DNA from: Muribaculaceae bacterium
GTDB lineage: Bacteria; Bacteroidota; Bacteroidia; Bacteroidales; Muribaculaceae
DNA: 47,515 nt
Direction: 5' to 3'
Assembly (NCBI GenBank): GCA_017536215.1
Contig: JAFXHY010000209.1
Location: forward strand, 1-47,515
The translations under genes were made by a program, and so were the position numbers. The notes below the pieces were generated by a model. It was not told the DNA's origin, searched no databases, and saw only the letters and a program-made list of their open reading frames with translations. Below, one piece after another: positions 1 to 11,385 of this stretch (positions within the stretch are counted from its first letter, which is position 1; each line of letters opens with the position of its first letter).

Positions 1-67
1 CTTCAAACTGCTGAGCACTTGCTGTAAGTGCTACCATAGCAGCTAAGGTTAGTACCAATTTTTTCAT
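1..67 (-). CDS. 5' part of a secreted protein (runs off the window)
   Basis: ATG at 67-65 gives MKKLVLTLAAMVALTASAQQFE, a typical Bacteroidetes signal peptide. Confidence 0.7.
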   Translation of the reverse strand, partial: MKKLVLTLAAMVALTASAQQFE

Positions 68-218
68 TTTTAATTAATTTATTTTTAATAGATTAAAATG
101 CATTTTCAAGGAAGTTGCAAAGATAGGTATTTATTATGATATAATATAGTTCGTTAACCTTTTTTTTAGCCTTTTTCTTGATTTATAATTTAAGATGCAA
201 TATATCGTCACAAAAAAA

Positions 219-247
219 AGTAGAGAATTACATTAATCCTCTACTTG
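219..247 (-). terminator. Intrinsic terminator after the TonB gene
   Basis: AAGTAGAG...CTCTACTT hairpin next to an A-run (U-run on the - strand). Confidence 0.6.
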
Positions 248-272
248 CAAATATTTTATACTTTTCGGTTAG

Positions 273-692
273 TTATAATCTAAACGGAATTGGTATCACA
301 CATCTCACATGCACATTTTTTCCTCCATGACGTCCTGCAGTCCAACGAGGCATCTCACGAATAATTCTCACCGCTTCATTATCAATGCTGGGTGAAACTG
401 ACTTCAACACCTCAATCATCTCAATCAATCCGTTTGGGCCAATCACCACCCCACACAACACACGACCTTGAATTCGTTGTTCTCGCGCATCGGCAGGATA
501 TTGGCGAGTTTTGTTAATGAAGTTTACTAATCCACAATCTCCACCGGGAAAAGATGGACACACATCAACATATCCATATTCATACACAGGAACTTCTCCG
601 GCTCGGCTTCCAATATTTACATATTGCATTTGTGCTTGTGCACTGCAGATGCTCATCATTAAAATTATCGAAAAAATTATTTTTCTGACCAT
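273..692 (-). CDS. Energy transducer TonB C-terminal domain protein
   Basis: Signal peptide, PSFPGG, YPADAREQRIQGRV, EAVRIIREMPRW, IPIPFRL. Confidence 0.85.
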   Translation of the reverse strand: MVRKIIFSIILMMSICSAQAQMQYVNIGSRAGEVPVYEYGYVDVCPSFPGGDCGLVNFINKTRQYPADAREQRIQGRVLCGVVIGPNGLIEMIEVLKSVSPSIDNEAVRIIREMPRWTAGRHGGKNVHVRCVIPIPFRL

Positions 693-935
693 TGAGATTT
701 ATATGATTGATTAATTTCCGATGCAAATATATACCCTTATTAATTATAAAACAACAAGAAGATACCGATTTTGAGAATGATTATTAATGTTTTAAGTTTA
801 TTTACAATGTATATAAATGTAAAAAAACGGCTCTTTTTTATAATAGAACGCCTATTTGTTACGTTATTATCATAGTCAAAAAATGCTCTTTTGTATTTTT
901 TACTTGTGTTTAAATTTCGTATTAATAAAAATTCG

Positions 936-1976
936 ATGCAAAATCATTTTATTTATAATATAAAAACTAAAATTGTAGCACTAATTCTCACAAGCGTTAT
1001 CTCACTGAGCATTAGCGCACAAGATGGATCGGTGGCTTATAATTTTCTGAATATCCCCTCGTCGTCACATATATATGGCCTTGGAGGAGTAAATATCTCA
1101 ACCGTAGAGGACAACCTCAACACCACCGATCAAAACCCGGCACTTTTAGGTCCCGAAATGGATATGCAATTAGGCATAAACTACATGAGATATGTGGGTG
1201 AAACGAATTTTGCAGGCTTAAAATTTGCTAAAAAAGCGTCTGATAGAAGCGCATTTGCTGTAGGAATCCAATACTTTGGATATGGTGAAATGAAATATGC
1301 CGATGAAAACGGCGATATATTTGGCACATTTTCACCCAAAGACATCGCTGCCAACGTGGCATACTCACACGACATCAACGACCGTTGGCGCGGTGGTATT
1401 AATTTGAAATTTATTCATAGCTCATATGACGAATATACTGCAATGGCTCTTGCAGCCGACCTCGGTGTAAATTATTACAATCCCGACAATGACTTTTCAA
1501 TGTCGCTCGTTGCTGCCAACCTTGGTGGGCAAATCAAACGTTTCAATGAATCATACGACCGTCTGCCCATTGATGTGAGATTAGGTTTCACTAAAGGATT
1601 AGGGGATCTTCCATTCCGTTTATCGGTAACGGCTTGGAACCTCACAAAATGGAATCTTCCATATTATGATGCCGGCGACGGCACATCATCTGATGCTCTT
1701 GAATTAAAAGATTCATTTGGTTCAAACTTGTTCCGCCACCTAATATTTGGAGCCGACTTTGTACCATCTGAGCGATTCCGCATATCATTAGGCTACAATT
1801 ACAAAACACGCACCGACATGAGCACTTACTCCCGTAATTTCTTATCGGGGTTCTCTTTGGGAGCCGGCATAAATGTCAAATCATTTGGCATAGATGTGGC
1901 ATTGGCTCAACCTCACACCGGAGCAACAACATTTATGGTTAACCTCACTGCCAACCTAAACGATTTTATTAAATAA
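936..1976 (+). CDS. porQ: Type IX secretion PorQ/PorV-family outer-membrane beta-barrel
   Basis: YNFLNIPSS, NPALL, DLGVNYY and LGGQIK motifs; lies directly upstream of cmk as in Bacteroidales; start uncertain. Confidence 0.75.
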   Translation: MQNHFIYNIKTKIVALILTSVISLSISAQDGSVAYNFLNIPSSSHIYGLGGVNISTVEDNLNTTDQNPALLGPEMDMQLGINYMRYVGETNFAGLKFAKKASDRSAFAVGIQYFGYGEMKYADENGDIFGTFSPKDIAANVAYSHDINDRWRGGINLKFIHSSYDEYTAMALAADLGVNYYNPDNDFSMSLVAANLGGQIKRFNESYDRLPIDVRLGFTKGLGDLPFRLSVTAWNLTKWNLPYYDAGDGTSSDALELKDSFGSNLFRHLIFGADFVPSERFRISLGYNYKTRTDMSTYSRNFLSGFSLGAGINVKSFGIDVALAQPHTGATTFMVNLTANLNDFIK

Positions 1977-1991
1977 TAACGTTACACATAT

Positions 1992-2690
1992 ATGAATAAT
2001 AATATATCACCCATAACTATTGCCATTGACGGCTACTCTTCTTCAGGTAAAAGTAGCATGGCAAAAGCTCTTGCAAAAAAAATAGGATACAGATATATCG
2101 ATTCAGGCGCAATGTATCGTGCCGTAACATTATATGCGATGCGCAATAATATGGTTTCGCCTCAACACGAAGTTGATAGCGAAAGGCTAATTGCCGCATT
2201 GCCCCAAATCAATATCGATTTCAAAGTGTGTGAAGATGGACAACACACGATGCTTAATGGTGAAGACGTGGAAAAAGAGATACGTCAACTCGATGTATCT
2301 AATAACGTGTCGCAAGTAGCAGTTATCCCCCAAATCCGCCATGCTTTGGTAGCTATGCAACAAGCTTTCGGCACAGAAAAAGGGATCGTTATGGACGGAC
2401 GTGATATCGGCACCACTGTATTTCCCGATGCCGAGCTCAAGATATTTGTTAATGCCTCGGCCGAAACTCGTGCCATGCGACGCCACAAAGAGCTCCTCGA
2501 CAAAGGTCAACAATCGACCTATGAAGATGTACTTGCCAACGTGATGACTCGCGACCATATCGATGAAAATCGCGAAGAAAGCCCCTTACGCAAGGCCGAA
2601 GACGCCATCTTGCTCGACAATTCAAATATGAGCATTGAAGAACAAGACAAATGGTTGATTGACCGATTCAACGAAGTCATTGCAAAATAA
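1992..2690 (+). CDS. cmk: Cytidylate kinase
   Basis: IAIDGYSSSGKS P-loop, DSGAMYRA, MDGRDIGTTVFP. Confidence 0.97.
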   Translation: MNNNISPITIAIDGYSSSGKSSMAKALAKKIGYRYIDSGAMYRAVTLYAMRNNMVSPQHEVDSERLIAALPQINIDFKVCEDGQHTMLNGEDVEKEIRQLDVSNNVSQVAVIPQIRHALVAMQQAFGTEKGIVMDGRDIGTTVFPDAELKIFVNASAETRAMRRHKELLDKGQQSTYEDVLANVMTRDHIDENREESPLRKAEDAILLDNSNMSIEEQDKWLIDRFNEVIAK

Positions 2691-2701
2691 TACACTTTTA
2701 A

Positions 2702-3577
2702 ATGGCATCAATCGAAATCGATAGCAAATCAGGGTTCTGCTTTGGAGTGGTTACTGCAATATGTAAAGCCGAAGAAGAACTTGAGAAGACGGGACGCCTC
2801 TATTGCTTAGGTGATATTGTTCACAATAGCGATGAGGTGGAACGATTGCGTCGTAAAGGGCTCATCACCATCACTCATGAAGAGATGCAACAGCTTCACA
2901 ATGTGAAAGTGCTTCTACGAGCCCATGGCGAACCCCCTGCCACATATGAATTAGCTAAGAAAAACAATATTGAAATAATCGATGCCACTTGTCCCGTAGT
3001 GCTACAATTACAACGTCGCATCAAAGAGTCATACACCTCAGCAAACCCACGCCCACAAATCGTAATTTATGGCAAAAACGGGCATGCCGAGGTAAATGGC
3101 CTTGTGGGACAAACCAATGGCGAAGCTATCGTAGTTGAAGATATTAGCCAACTTGATAACGTTGATTTAAATAATGATATAGCTCTATATTCTCAAACCA
3201 CAAAGTCGCTTCAAGGCTTTACTGAAATCATCAACGCCATATCATCTAAGAAATCTCCTCTATCAACATTTAAAAGCTACGACACAATATGTCGCCAAGT
3301 TGCCAATCGTGTAGACCACATACGCCAATTCGCATCTAACCACCAATTAGTATTATTTGTGAGTGGTAAAAAATCGAGCAATGGCAAAATATTATATAAT
3401 GAGTGTCTTTCGGTAAATCCAAACACTAAATTCATCTCAAATGAGAATGAAATTGACCCCGAATGGCTCAATAGCGCCGAAAGCATCGGCATTTGCGGAG
3501 CTACATCAACTCCCCGATGGCTCATGGAAAATGTAAAAACGCATGTGAAACGTTTAATCGATTGCAATAATGAATAA
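2702..3577 (+). CDS. ispH: 4-hydroxy-3-methylbut-2-enyl diphosphate reductase
   Basis: GFCFGV, IVHN, RAHG, DATCP, SQTT, DTIC, SSN, GATSTP. Confidence 0.97.
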   Translation: MASIEIDSKSGFCFGVVTAICKAEEELEKTGRLYCLGDIVHNSDEVERLRRKGLITITHEEMQQLHNVKVLLRAHGEPPATYELAKKNNIEIIDATCPVVLQLQRRIKESYTSANPRPQIVIYGKNGHAEVNGLVGQTNGEAIVVEDISQLDNVDLNNDIALYSQTTKSLQGFTEIINAISSKKSPLSTFKSYDTICRQVANRVDHIRQFASNHQLVLFVSGKKSSNGKILYNECLSVNPNTKFISNENEIDPEWLNSAESIGICGATSTPRWLMENVKTHVKRLIDCNNE

Positions 3578-4070
3578 TTTCGTAGCGATTGATGTTGAAA
3601 CAGCAAATCATCTCCCCACAAGCATATGTGCAATAGGAGCGGTGAAGGTTATTGACCAACGCATTGTTGATCGTTACTATCATCTTGTAAAGCCCGAACC
3701 CAATTGGTATATACGAAGATTTAGCGAAGAAATTCATGGCATATATCCCAAAGATACCGACTCTCAACCATGCTTTGACGAGGTGTGGAGCGAACTTAGT
3801 GAATTCATCGGCACTTTACCACTTGTTGCTCACAACAAATCATTTGATGAACGTTGCATTAGAGCGACTTGTCGCACATATCAAATTGACTTCCCCGAAA
3901 ACGGATTTTATTGCACTCTAAATAAAGCCCGCCGAGAAATTCCTCGTCAGCTATGCACATCGTATTCATTGCCCAATGTATGCGATTTTTTAGGAATCCC
4001 TTTTAGTAATCACCACAATGCTTTGGCCGATGCCGAGGCTTGTGCTAAAATAGCAATCTCACTATTATGA
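3570..4070 (+). CDS. DEDDh 3'-5' exonuclease (DnaQ-like)
   Basis: VAIDVET, LVAHNKSFD, HHNALADA. Confidence 0.92.
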   Translation: MNNFVAIDVETANHLPTSICAIGAVKVIDQRIVDRYYHLVKPEPNWYIRRFSEEIHGIYPKDTDSQPCFDEVWSELSEFIGTLPLVAHNKSFDERCIRATCRTYQIDFPENGFYCTLNKARREIPRQLCTSYSLPNVCDFLGIPFSNHHNALADAEACAKIAISLL

Positions 4071-4387
4071 AAATTTCAAAATTATTATCTTTACTCATTG
4101 CTTCATCAATTCTTTTCATCGCTTCGGCTTGTGAAAGAAATGTAACCATTAAAACAGTAAAACAGTTTCCTAAAATTGAAGAAGTAGCAAAAGAGCATGC
4201 TCAACAATTCATCAACCTTCCTACCGAAGGCATGAATACTCAACAAAAACTATTTGAAGTGCGTGCTCATGAACAAGATTTGCGCAAAGAAGGAATGAAT
4301 GAAGAAGCCGATTACTATATCAAAATGTTTGAAAAGCATCTTAATGACTGTAATCCGGAATTGGCTAAATTGATTATAAAAAAATAA
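4067..4387 (+). CDS. Hypothetical lipoprotein
   Basis: Hydrophobic N-terminus ending IASAC; overlaps the upstream stop (ATGA). Confidence 0.7.
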   Translation: MKISKLLSLLIASSILFIASACERNVTIKTVKQFPKIEEVAKEHAQQFINLPTEGMNTQQKLFEVRAHEQDLRKEGMNEEADYYIKMFEKHLNDCNPELAKLIIKK

Positions 4388-4401
4388 TTCATACAAAGAA
4401 T

Positions 4402-5223
4402 ATGGTTACTTTTCCCAATGCTAAAATCAATATTGGGCTCAACATCATCTCTCGACGCCCCGATGGCTACCATAATATTGAAACAGTAATGGTGCCAATC
4501 CCTTGGTGTGATATACTTGAGATTGTGCCTTCGCAAGGTAATGAAACGACATTGACCACCTACGGGCGTGAGGTGAATTGCGAAATGGAAAAGAACCTCG
4601 TCGTAAAGGCATATCGCGCAATGGAAAAGCGATATAACCTTCCAGCGGTTGACATATACTTAAACAAAATCATTCCCGATGGGGCCGGATTAGGTGGAGG
4701 AAGCGCCGACGCCGCATTCACTCTTACCTCTCTAAATGAATTATTTAATATAGGAGCTTCTAACGCCGAACTTGCGGAGATTGCTGCAACAATTGGCGCC
4801 GACTGCCCTTTCTTTATATACAACACCCCTACCCTTGCCACCGGTATTGGAACTGATTTCACTCCTATATCACTTGATTTAAAGGGGTATAAAATTGCGG
4901 TAGTAAAACCTCAAGTGAGTGTACCCACTGCCCAAGCATATTCGGGCGTGACTCCGACAATTCCACCCACCTCTCTTTGCGAACTTATTAACACCCCTAT
5001 TTCTCAATGGCAGAGCCATATTAAAAACGACTTTGAGGATAGCATATTCCCTCTACACCCCATTGTAAAAGAGATTAAGCAACAGCTCATTGAGATGGGA
5101 GCTATATATGCATCAATGTCGGGATCGGGATCGGCTGTATATGGGATTTTTGAAGGTGACAAATTGGCAGAGGAAGATTCCATTAAATTCGACCTATGTG
5201 ACATCTTTGTAGGAAATCTATAA
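4402..5223 (+). CDS. ispE: 4-(cytidine 5'-diphospho)-2-C-methyl-D-erythritol kinase
   Basis: AKINIGL, DGYHNIET, GAGLGGGSADAA, GADCPFF, MSGSGS. Confidence 0.97.
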   Translation: MVTFPNAKINIGLNIISRRPDGYHNIETVMVPIPWCDILEIVPSQGNETTLTTYGREVNCEMEKNLVVKAYRAMEKRYNLPAVDIYLNKIIPDGAGLGGGSADAAFTLTSLNELFNIGASNAELAEIAATIGADCPFFIYNTPTLATGIGTDFTPISLDLKGYKIAVVKPQVSVPTAQAYSGVTPTIPPTSLCELINTPISQWQSHIKNDFEDSIFPLHPIVKEIKQQLIEMGAIYASMSGSGSAVYGIFEGDKLAEEDSIKFDLCDIFVGNL

Positions 5224-5310
5224 TTTATTAACATATTTGAATTTTGGCAACCTTTTTGATATAAAGGTTGTTGAATTTATATTGAATAAAGAATAAAAAC
5301 TTCCATTATA

Positions 5311-5886
5311 ATGAGTAAAAAAGACGAACCTCAAGTTGAAGAGATTATAAATGAAGAAAAAGAAGTAGTTGCTGATATTGACAATGAAAATATCGACAAT
5401 GAAAATTCAGTATCAGAAGAGAATGAAGAAAACCTCTCTGAAACCGACCAATTAAAGCAACAACTCGAAGCATCAAAAAAAGAATATATGTTTTTGATGG
5501 CCGAATTTGATAATTTCCGCAAACGCACCATCAAAGAAAAAGCCGAAATAATTCGTAATGCTACCGAGAAAGCAATGAAAGATTTGCTTCCTGTGGTTGA
5601 CGATTTTGAACGTGGACTCTCAGCTATGGCTGAAACAACCGACGCCGCAGCGGTTAAAGACGGAATGGATTTGATTTATAACAAATTCATCAAATATCTC
5701 GAACAAAATGGGGTCAAAGCAATCGAAAGCACAGGTACTGATTTCGATACAGAACTTCATGAAGCTATTGCGATGGTTCCATCTCCCGACGAATCACAAA
5801 AAGGCAAAGTTATTGATACTGTAATGAAAGGTTACACTATCAACGACAAGGTAATACGCCATTCTAAAGTCGCTGTAGCACAATAA
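5311..5886 (+). CDS. grpE: Nucleotide exchange factor GrpE
   Basis: AEFDNFRKR, LLPVVDDFER, HEAI, KGYTINDKVIR. Confidence 0.96.
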   Translation: MSKKDEPQVEEIINEEKEVVADIDNENIDNENSVSEENEENLSETDQLKQQLEASKKEYMFLMAEFDNFRKRTIKEKAEIIRNATEKAMKDLLPVVDDFERGLSAMAETTDAAAVKDGMDLIYNKFIKYLEQNGVKAIESTGTDFDTELHEAIAMVPSPDESQKGKVIDTVMKGYTINDKVIRHSKVAVAQ

Positions 5887-5919
5887 TTCTACCTCATAAT
5901 TAACACTCTGACTTCAACT

Positions 5920-7059
5920 ATGAATAAAAGAGACTACTACGAAGTGCTTGGTGTGAGCAAAAGCGCCACAGCCGATGAAATAAAAAAGGCCTATCGCAAA
6001 CTCGCAATTAAATATCACCCCGACAAAAATCCCGATGACAAAGAGGCCGAAGAAAAATTTAAAGAAGCTGCCGAGGCTTATGATGTATTGAGTAATCCCG
6101 ATAAGCGTTCACGTTATGACCAATTTGGTCATGCAGGGGCTCAAGGCGCCGGAGGATTTGGTGGCTTTGGAGGATTCTCAATGGACGACATCTTCTCGCA
6201 ATTTGGCGACATTTTTGGTGGACACTTTGGTGGATTTGGAGGAGCTACCGGTGGACGTCGTCAACGTCAACGCCGTGGGAGCGACCTTCGCATTAAAGTA
6301 TCTCTAACGCTTGAAGAAATTGCAAAAGGGGTTACCAAGACTCTTAAAATACCCACAATGGTGAGTTGCGAGCATTGTAATGGCACCGGTGCTAAAAACG
6401 GGTCAGCTTATAGCACTTGTTCTACTTGTAACGGGTCAGGAGTGATTCGCCAACGCCAACAAACTATATTGGGAGTGATAGAATCAACTGTTCCTTGTCC
6501 TCACTGTGAAGGTAATGGTAAAACCATCACTGACAAATGTGACAAATGTCATGGCGAAGGTGTAGAACGCAAAGAACAAACTGTTTCCATTAATATTCCC
6601 GCAGGTATTGCCGATGGCATGAGCGTCAGAGTCAATGGTAAAGGAAATGCCGCTCGCCGTGGAGGTGCAAGTGGAGATTTGCTTGTTGTTGTTGAAGAAA
6701 TTCAACACCCCGAATTGATTCGCGATGATAATGATGTAATATATAATCTCATGCTCGACGTGGTTACTGCAACACTTGGTGGCTCGGTAGAAGTTCCAAC
6801 AATATCGGGTCGAGCAAGAGTAAAAATTGCCCCGGGAACTCAACCCGGCAAGATTCTTCGCCTACGAGGAAAAGGGTTACCATCAGTTAATGGATATGGC
6901 ACAGGTGATCAACTCATCAATATAATGGTATATATCCCTGAGCAACTCAACAGCGAAGAACGCAAAGCATTCGAATCACTCAAAGACGCTGAAAATATCA
7001 CTCCATCTGACGATACTAAAAACCGCATTTTCAGCAAATTAAACCATATGTTTGATTAA
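5920..7059 (+). CDS. dnaJ: Chaperone DnaJ
   Basis: J domain with HPD, G/F-rich region, four CxxCxGxG motifs. Confidence 0.98.
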   Translation: MNKRDYYEVLGVSKSATADEIKKAYRKLAIKYHPDKNPDDKEAEEKFKEAAEAYDVLSNPDKRSRYDQFGHAGAQGAGGFGGFGGFSMDDIFSQFGDIFGGHFGGFGGATGGRRQRQRRGSDLRIKVSLTLEEIAKGVTKTLKIPTMVSCEHCNGTGAKNGSAYSTCSTCNGSGVIRQRQQTILGVIESTVPCPHCEGNGKTITDKCDKCHGEGVERKEQTVSINIPAGIADGMSVRVNGKGNAARRGGASGDLLVVVEEIQHPELIRDDNDVIYNLMLDVVTATLGGSVEVPTISGRARVKIAPGTQPGKILRLRGKGLPSVNGYGTGDQLINIMVYIPEQLNSEERKAFESLKDAENITPSDDTKNRIFSKLNHMFD

Positions 7060-7081
7060 TTGCAACAACATGATATTTCTA

Positions 7082-7107
7082 TAAAGGTGGCCAAATGGTC
7101 ACCTTTA
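7082..7107 (+). terminator. Terminator after dnaJ
   Basis: TAAAGGTGGCC-AAAT-GGTCACCTTTA hairpin. Confidence 0.65.
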
Positions 7108-7270
7108 TTATTATATGTGTATTAGATATACATCTATTCGTTTTGAGAAAAATTGACCAAAAATTGTTAGCAAAAGAACAATATAAATGCTAAAAATTTG
7201 TTAATTCACATAACATAATTTAATATTTATGCATACCTTTGTGCCGTTTTTGATTAATTAAATGTATTTT

Positions 7271-8662
7271 ATGAAAAAAATTATTTTTTCTACCCTCGCT
7301 TTTGCAGCATCGTTGACGATGATGGGCGAAGGTTATCAAGTAAACACTCTCAGTGTTAAACAAGAAGGTATGGGTCACACAGGTGTTTCCCAAAAATTAG
7401 GTTCTGAAAGTATGATATTCAACCCTGCAGGTATGGGGTTCATGGACAAAACAGTTGACCTTTCAGCAAGCGTAAGCCCCATTTTCTCTACAGCAACAGC
7501 TACTCTTGAAGATGGCAGCAAATACGAAACAAACAACGACGCAAGCACTCCATTCCAAATTAGTGGTGCTTTCTCGATCTACGACAATCTTAAAGCCGGT
7601 ATCACAATCAACACTCCTTATGGCAGTGGTATCGACTGGACCGACAATTGGCCCGGCGCAACATTCAACCAATCAACTAAACTTCAAGTATTTAACATTC
7701 AACCCACAGTTGCCTACAAGATACTCCCTAACCTATCGGTTGGTGCCGGATTGATGATTGCTTGGGGTAGCGTCGATTTAAACAAGGGATTACTAAATGC
7801 ATCATCTATTAATACAATTATCCCTGGAGTTGTTCAACAAAATTTAATTGCAAATGGCATACCTGCTGAAATGATTACTCCCGAGCTAATCAACAAATAT
7901 GCCGCAGAAATGTATTTAAATGAAGAAATCACTCCTGCATCTGTTAACCTTAAAGGAAATGCTGAAATTGCAGTTGGCTTCAACGTTGGTGCAATGTGGG
8001 ATATCAACGACAAAATAACCATTGGTGCAAGCTACAAATCTAAAATGGATATGAAAGTGAAAGCTGGTGATGCAAAAGTTTCTTACAACATCCCAAATGA
8101 AACAGTTGCAGGCGTTGTAAAATCACAACTCAACCTACTTAACAACACCAATTTTGCCGCTCAACTCCCAGCCGTATCTCAATTAACGTTTGGTGTATGC
8201 TACAAACCTATCAACCGCCTCAAATTGGCTTTTGATGCACAAATGAGTGGTTGGAGTGCATATGAGGAATTGGCAATTGACTTTGTTGGATTAGACGCTC
8301 CATTTGACCAAAAAATCGCTAAAAACTACAGTGACGCATGGGCATTCCGTTTTGGTGCGGAATTTGCAATGACAAATCGTCTTGATCTTCGAGCTGGTTT
8401 TATTGTTGACACAACTCCAGTTGATGAAAACAACTTCAACCCTGAAACTCCAGGTATGACACGCTATGAACCAACTATAGGTCTATCATTCCGTCCTATC
8501 AAAAACCTTTCAGTTGACCTTGCATTCACTTACATTGCAGGCGATGCACGTAAAGGGTCTATTGAATCTACCGATTTCTTAACTAATCAACCAAACAAAT
8601 TCTCTGCGGAATACGATCTCGAGGCATTGATTCCTGCTATCGGTCTTAGCTATTCATTCTAA
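7271..8662 (+). CDS. OmpP1/FadL-family outer-membrane transporter
   Basis: Signal peptide, FNPAGM, TPYGSGIDW, C-terminal GLSYSF. Confidence 0.88.
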   Translation: MKKIIFSTLAFAASLTMMGEGYQVNTLSVKQEGMGHTGVSQKLGSESMIFNPAGMGFMDKTVDLSASVSPIFSTATATLEDGSKYETNNDASTPFQISGAFSIYDNLKAGITINTPYGSGIDWTDNWPGATFNQSTKLQVFNIQPTVAYKILPNLSVGAGLMIAWGSVDLNKGLLNASSINTIIPGVVQQNLIANGIPAEMITPELINKYAAEMYLNEEITPASVNLKGNAEIAVGFNVGAMWDINDKITIGASYKSKMDMKVKAGDAKVSYNIPNETVAGVVKSQLNLLNNTNFAAQLPAVSQLTFGVCYKPINRLKLAFDAQMSGWSAYEELAIDFVGLDAPFDQKIAKNYSDAWAFRFGAEFAMTNRLDLRAGFIVDTTPVDENNFNPETPGMTRYEPTIGLSFRPIKNLSVDLAFTYIAGDARKGSIESTDFLTNQPNKFSAEYDLEALIPAIGLSYSF

Positions 8663-8696
8663 GAATCCCCTTTAATAGATTTTTCATATCATTAAC

Positions 8697-8732
8697 TAAG
8701 GAGTGGTGTTAATTCATCACTCCTTAATTTTT
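8697..8732 (+). terminator. Terminator after the FadL-like gene
   Basis: TAAGGAGTGGTG...CATCACTCCTTA followed by a T-run. Confidence 0.7.
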
Positions 8733-8793
8733 ATGTAATACGATATGTCATTATAGTGTTGCACAAACACGAGAGATTAATTAAATTTGCACG

Positions 8794-9099
8794 ATGGAAC
8801 AACAACAATCATCTTCAAGAACATCTACCCGTTTTCGACAACGAAAGCCACCTCTATATGATGTGGTTATACACAACGACGACTATACTACAATGGAATT
8901 TGTGGTGAAAATTCTTGTTGAGATATTTAATAAAAACATCAATGAAGCCACTCAACTAATGCTTTACGTTCATGAAAAAGGTGAAGCTACTGCCGGCACA
9001 TATATTTATGACATTGCTCACTCTAAGGCGAATAAAGCGATAACACTTGCCCGTGCCGAAGGCTTCCCATTACAACTCACCGTAACAACACATAAATAA
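8794..9099 (+). CDS. clpS: ATP-dependent Clp protease adaptor ClpS
   Basis: YDVVIHNDDYTTMEFVV, MLYVHEKG, FPL. Confidence 0.95.
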   Translation: MEQQQSSSRTSTRFRQRKPPLYDVVIHNDDYTTMEFVVKILVEIFNKNINEATQLMLYVHEKGEATAGTYIYDIAHSKANKAITLARAEGFPLQLTVTTHK

Positions 9100-9118
9100 T
9101 CATACAATCTAATAAACA

Positions 9119-11380
9119 ATGCCCAATAAAGATATAATACTATCGCCATTTGCAAGAGAGATACTCAACGATGCACGTTTGATTGCCACAACTATGTGTC
9201 ATGAATTTGTGATGCCCGAACATTTTATTATAGCAGTATGCCGACTTTGCATCGAAAATGATACAAACAACCCATTTCTCAACGATTTTAAATTTATCGC
9301 CGACCAAACACAAGAAATCGTATTAGAGCTTGTGCCAAGGAGTGAGGATTGTACCGAACCATCATTATCAATCCTTATGAACAAGGCGATTAAAGAGGCT
9401 ATTAAAATCGTTCAACACGAAGGTGATGTTCCCGTTCCTGCCACTGCTATTATTATCGCCATTATAAACACCCCCGACAATCTTTGTAACAGCGTCATTT
9501 CTAATAACATTTCCGACAAAAAATTAAGCGAAATGCTCACATATTTAATGAGCATAGACGGCCAGAGCCTTCGCGGATATGATGTTGAAAACAATATAAA
9601 TTGGGATAATACTTCTACCTATGATGCGTCATCTACTGAATGGATGAAATACATCACCGACCTCAATCCTCTACGTGGTAATAACGCAAAAGCAATCATT
9701 GGGCGAAACAACGAGATGAACCGCTTGGCTCAAGCATTGTGTCGTTGCAATAAAAACAATGCTCTCATTGTTGGAGAATCAGGTGTTGGGAAATCTGCTA
9801 TTGTAAAAGGATTTGTCGTCAAACTCGATAGTTTCCCCTCAAAAATCTCCCAACTTCCCGTTTATGAATTATCTATCCCATCAGTCCTCGCTAATGCCCA
9901 ATATCATGGAGAGATCGAACAGCGCATCACCTCGGTGATGAACGGCATCAAAGCCTTGGGTGGCGGCATTATAGTAATCGACGATATCCACTCACTTGTA
10001 GGGAGCAAAGGTGATGCAAATGGTTCAAGAGATTTAACCGGATTATTTATGCAGTATCTTGATGACGAGAACTTGCGTTTTATCGGAATCACCACATTTG
10101 AAGATATTACACGACATCTTGATAGCCACTCTCGTTTCTTGCGACGATTCCGACGAATTGATGTTGAAGAACCTACTCAACAAGAAACGATAGAGATTCT
10201 CACAGGAGTCAAGAATAAATACGAAAAGTATCACAACATTCGCATATCTCCCGGAGTGATTGATCGCATTGTAAAACTTAGCAAACGTTTTCTTTCAGGG
10301 AAAGCCCTTCCCGATAGCGCTATCGACATTCTTGATGAGGCCGGTGCTTATCGCGAATTAAACCCTATTCAAGGAAACAAAAAACAAACCATCAATAAAG
10401 ACCTCATCGACTCGATTGTAGCTCAATTAGGCAATGTAAAAACTAAGATTATCGACGATAACGACACTACCCCACTTCGCAACCTTGAAAAGAATATGCG
10501 CAATAGCATATTCGGTCAAGATGAAGCTATAAAGCAAGTCGTAGAAGCGGTTCTTACAGCCCGCGCCGGACTGACCGATGAGCACAAACCTCAATCATCA
10601 TTACTTTTTGTCGGCCCCACTGGTGTCGGAAAAACCGAGGTCGCAAGAGTCGTTTCAAATGAATTGGGCATACCTCTACACAAATTTGATATGAGCGAAT
10701 ATTCCGAACGCTATAGTGTGTCGAAACTTATTGGTTCATCTCCCGGATATGTTGGATATGAAGAAGGAGGTAGACTCACCGAGGCTGTTCGCAAGAATCC
10801 TCATTGCGTGTTACTCCTCGATGAAATAGAAAAAGCCCACGAGAAAGTTTTCGACACATTGCTTCAAGTGATGGACTATGCCTCGCTAACCGATAGCCGT
10901 GGCCGAAAGGTTGATTTTTCTCATGTTATTTTAATCATGACCTCTAATTCAGGCGCTCAATTTGCCAAACAGGCAGGAGTGGGATTTGGGTCAACTGTTA
11001 CTACCGGACAAGCTATGCTATCGGAAGTAAAAAAGACTTTTAAACCCGAATTTATCAATCGTCTATCAAGTATCGTTGTATTCAATGATATGAATCTCGA
11101 TATGGCTCGATTGATTCTCGACAAAAAGATCTCAGAGCTCAACTCTCGATTAAATGAACGCAACATTGAAATCACGCTCACTAATGATGCCCGGGAATGG
11201 CTCCTCAAAAACGGATTCTCGGCCAAATATGGAGCACGCGAAATTGAGAGAGTAATTACTCATAACCTCAAGCCTCTTCTTGTCAAGGAAATTCTTTTTG
11301 GCAAACTATCAAAGAAAAGTAAAGGCGTTGCCGAGATTTCAATTTCCAACGATCAACTATCGTTAACTCTAAAAAAATAG
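9119..11380 (+). CDS. clpA: ClpA-like AAA+ chaperone
   Basis: Two P-loops (GESGVGKS, GPTGVGKT), DMSEY, GYVGYEEGG, LLDEIEKAH; lies between clpS and aat. Confidence 0.9.
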   Translation: MPNKDIILSPFAREILNDARLIATTMCHEFVMPEHFIIAVCRLCIENDTNNPFLNDFKFIADQTQEIVLELVPRSEDCTEPSLSILMNKAIKEAIKIVQHEGDVPVPATAIIIAIINTPDNLCNSVISNNISDKKLSEMLTYLMSIDGQSLRGYDVENNINWDNTSTYDASSTEWMKYITDLNPLRGNNAKAIIGRNNEMNRLAQALCRCNKNNALIVGESGVGKSAIVKGFVVKLDSFPSKISQLPVYELSIPSVLANAQYHGEIEQRITSVMNGIKALGGGIIVIDDIHSLVGSKGDANGSRDLTGLFMQYLDDENLRFIGITTFEDITRHLDSHSRFLRRFRRIDVEEPTQQETIEILTGVKNKYEKYHNIRISPGVIDRIVKLSKRFLSGKALPDSAIDILDEAGAYRELNPIQGNKKQTINKDLIDSIVAQLGNVKTKIIDDNDTTPLRNLEKNMRNSIFGQDEAIKQVVEAVLTARAGLTDEHKPQSSLLFVGPTGVGKTEVARVVSNELGIPLHKFDMSEYSERYSVSKLIGSSPGYVGYEEGGRLTEAVRKNPHCVLLLDEIEKAHEKVFDTLLQVMDYASLTDSRGRKVDFSHVILIMTSNSGAQFAKQAGVGFGSTVTTGQAMLSEVKKTFKPEFINRLSSIVVFNDMNLDMARLILDKKISELNSRLNERNIEITLTNDAREWLLKNGFSAKYGAREIERVITHNLKPLLVKEILFGKLSKKSKGVAEISISNDQLSLTLKK

Positions 11381-11385
11381 TTGAT

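Noticed and set aside
9119-11380. Degenerate first Walker B of ClpA (IVIDDIH)
   Set aside because: A single conservative change in an otherwise ordinary clpS-clpA-aat operon; not enough to claim novelty.
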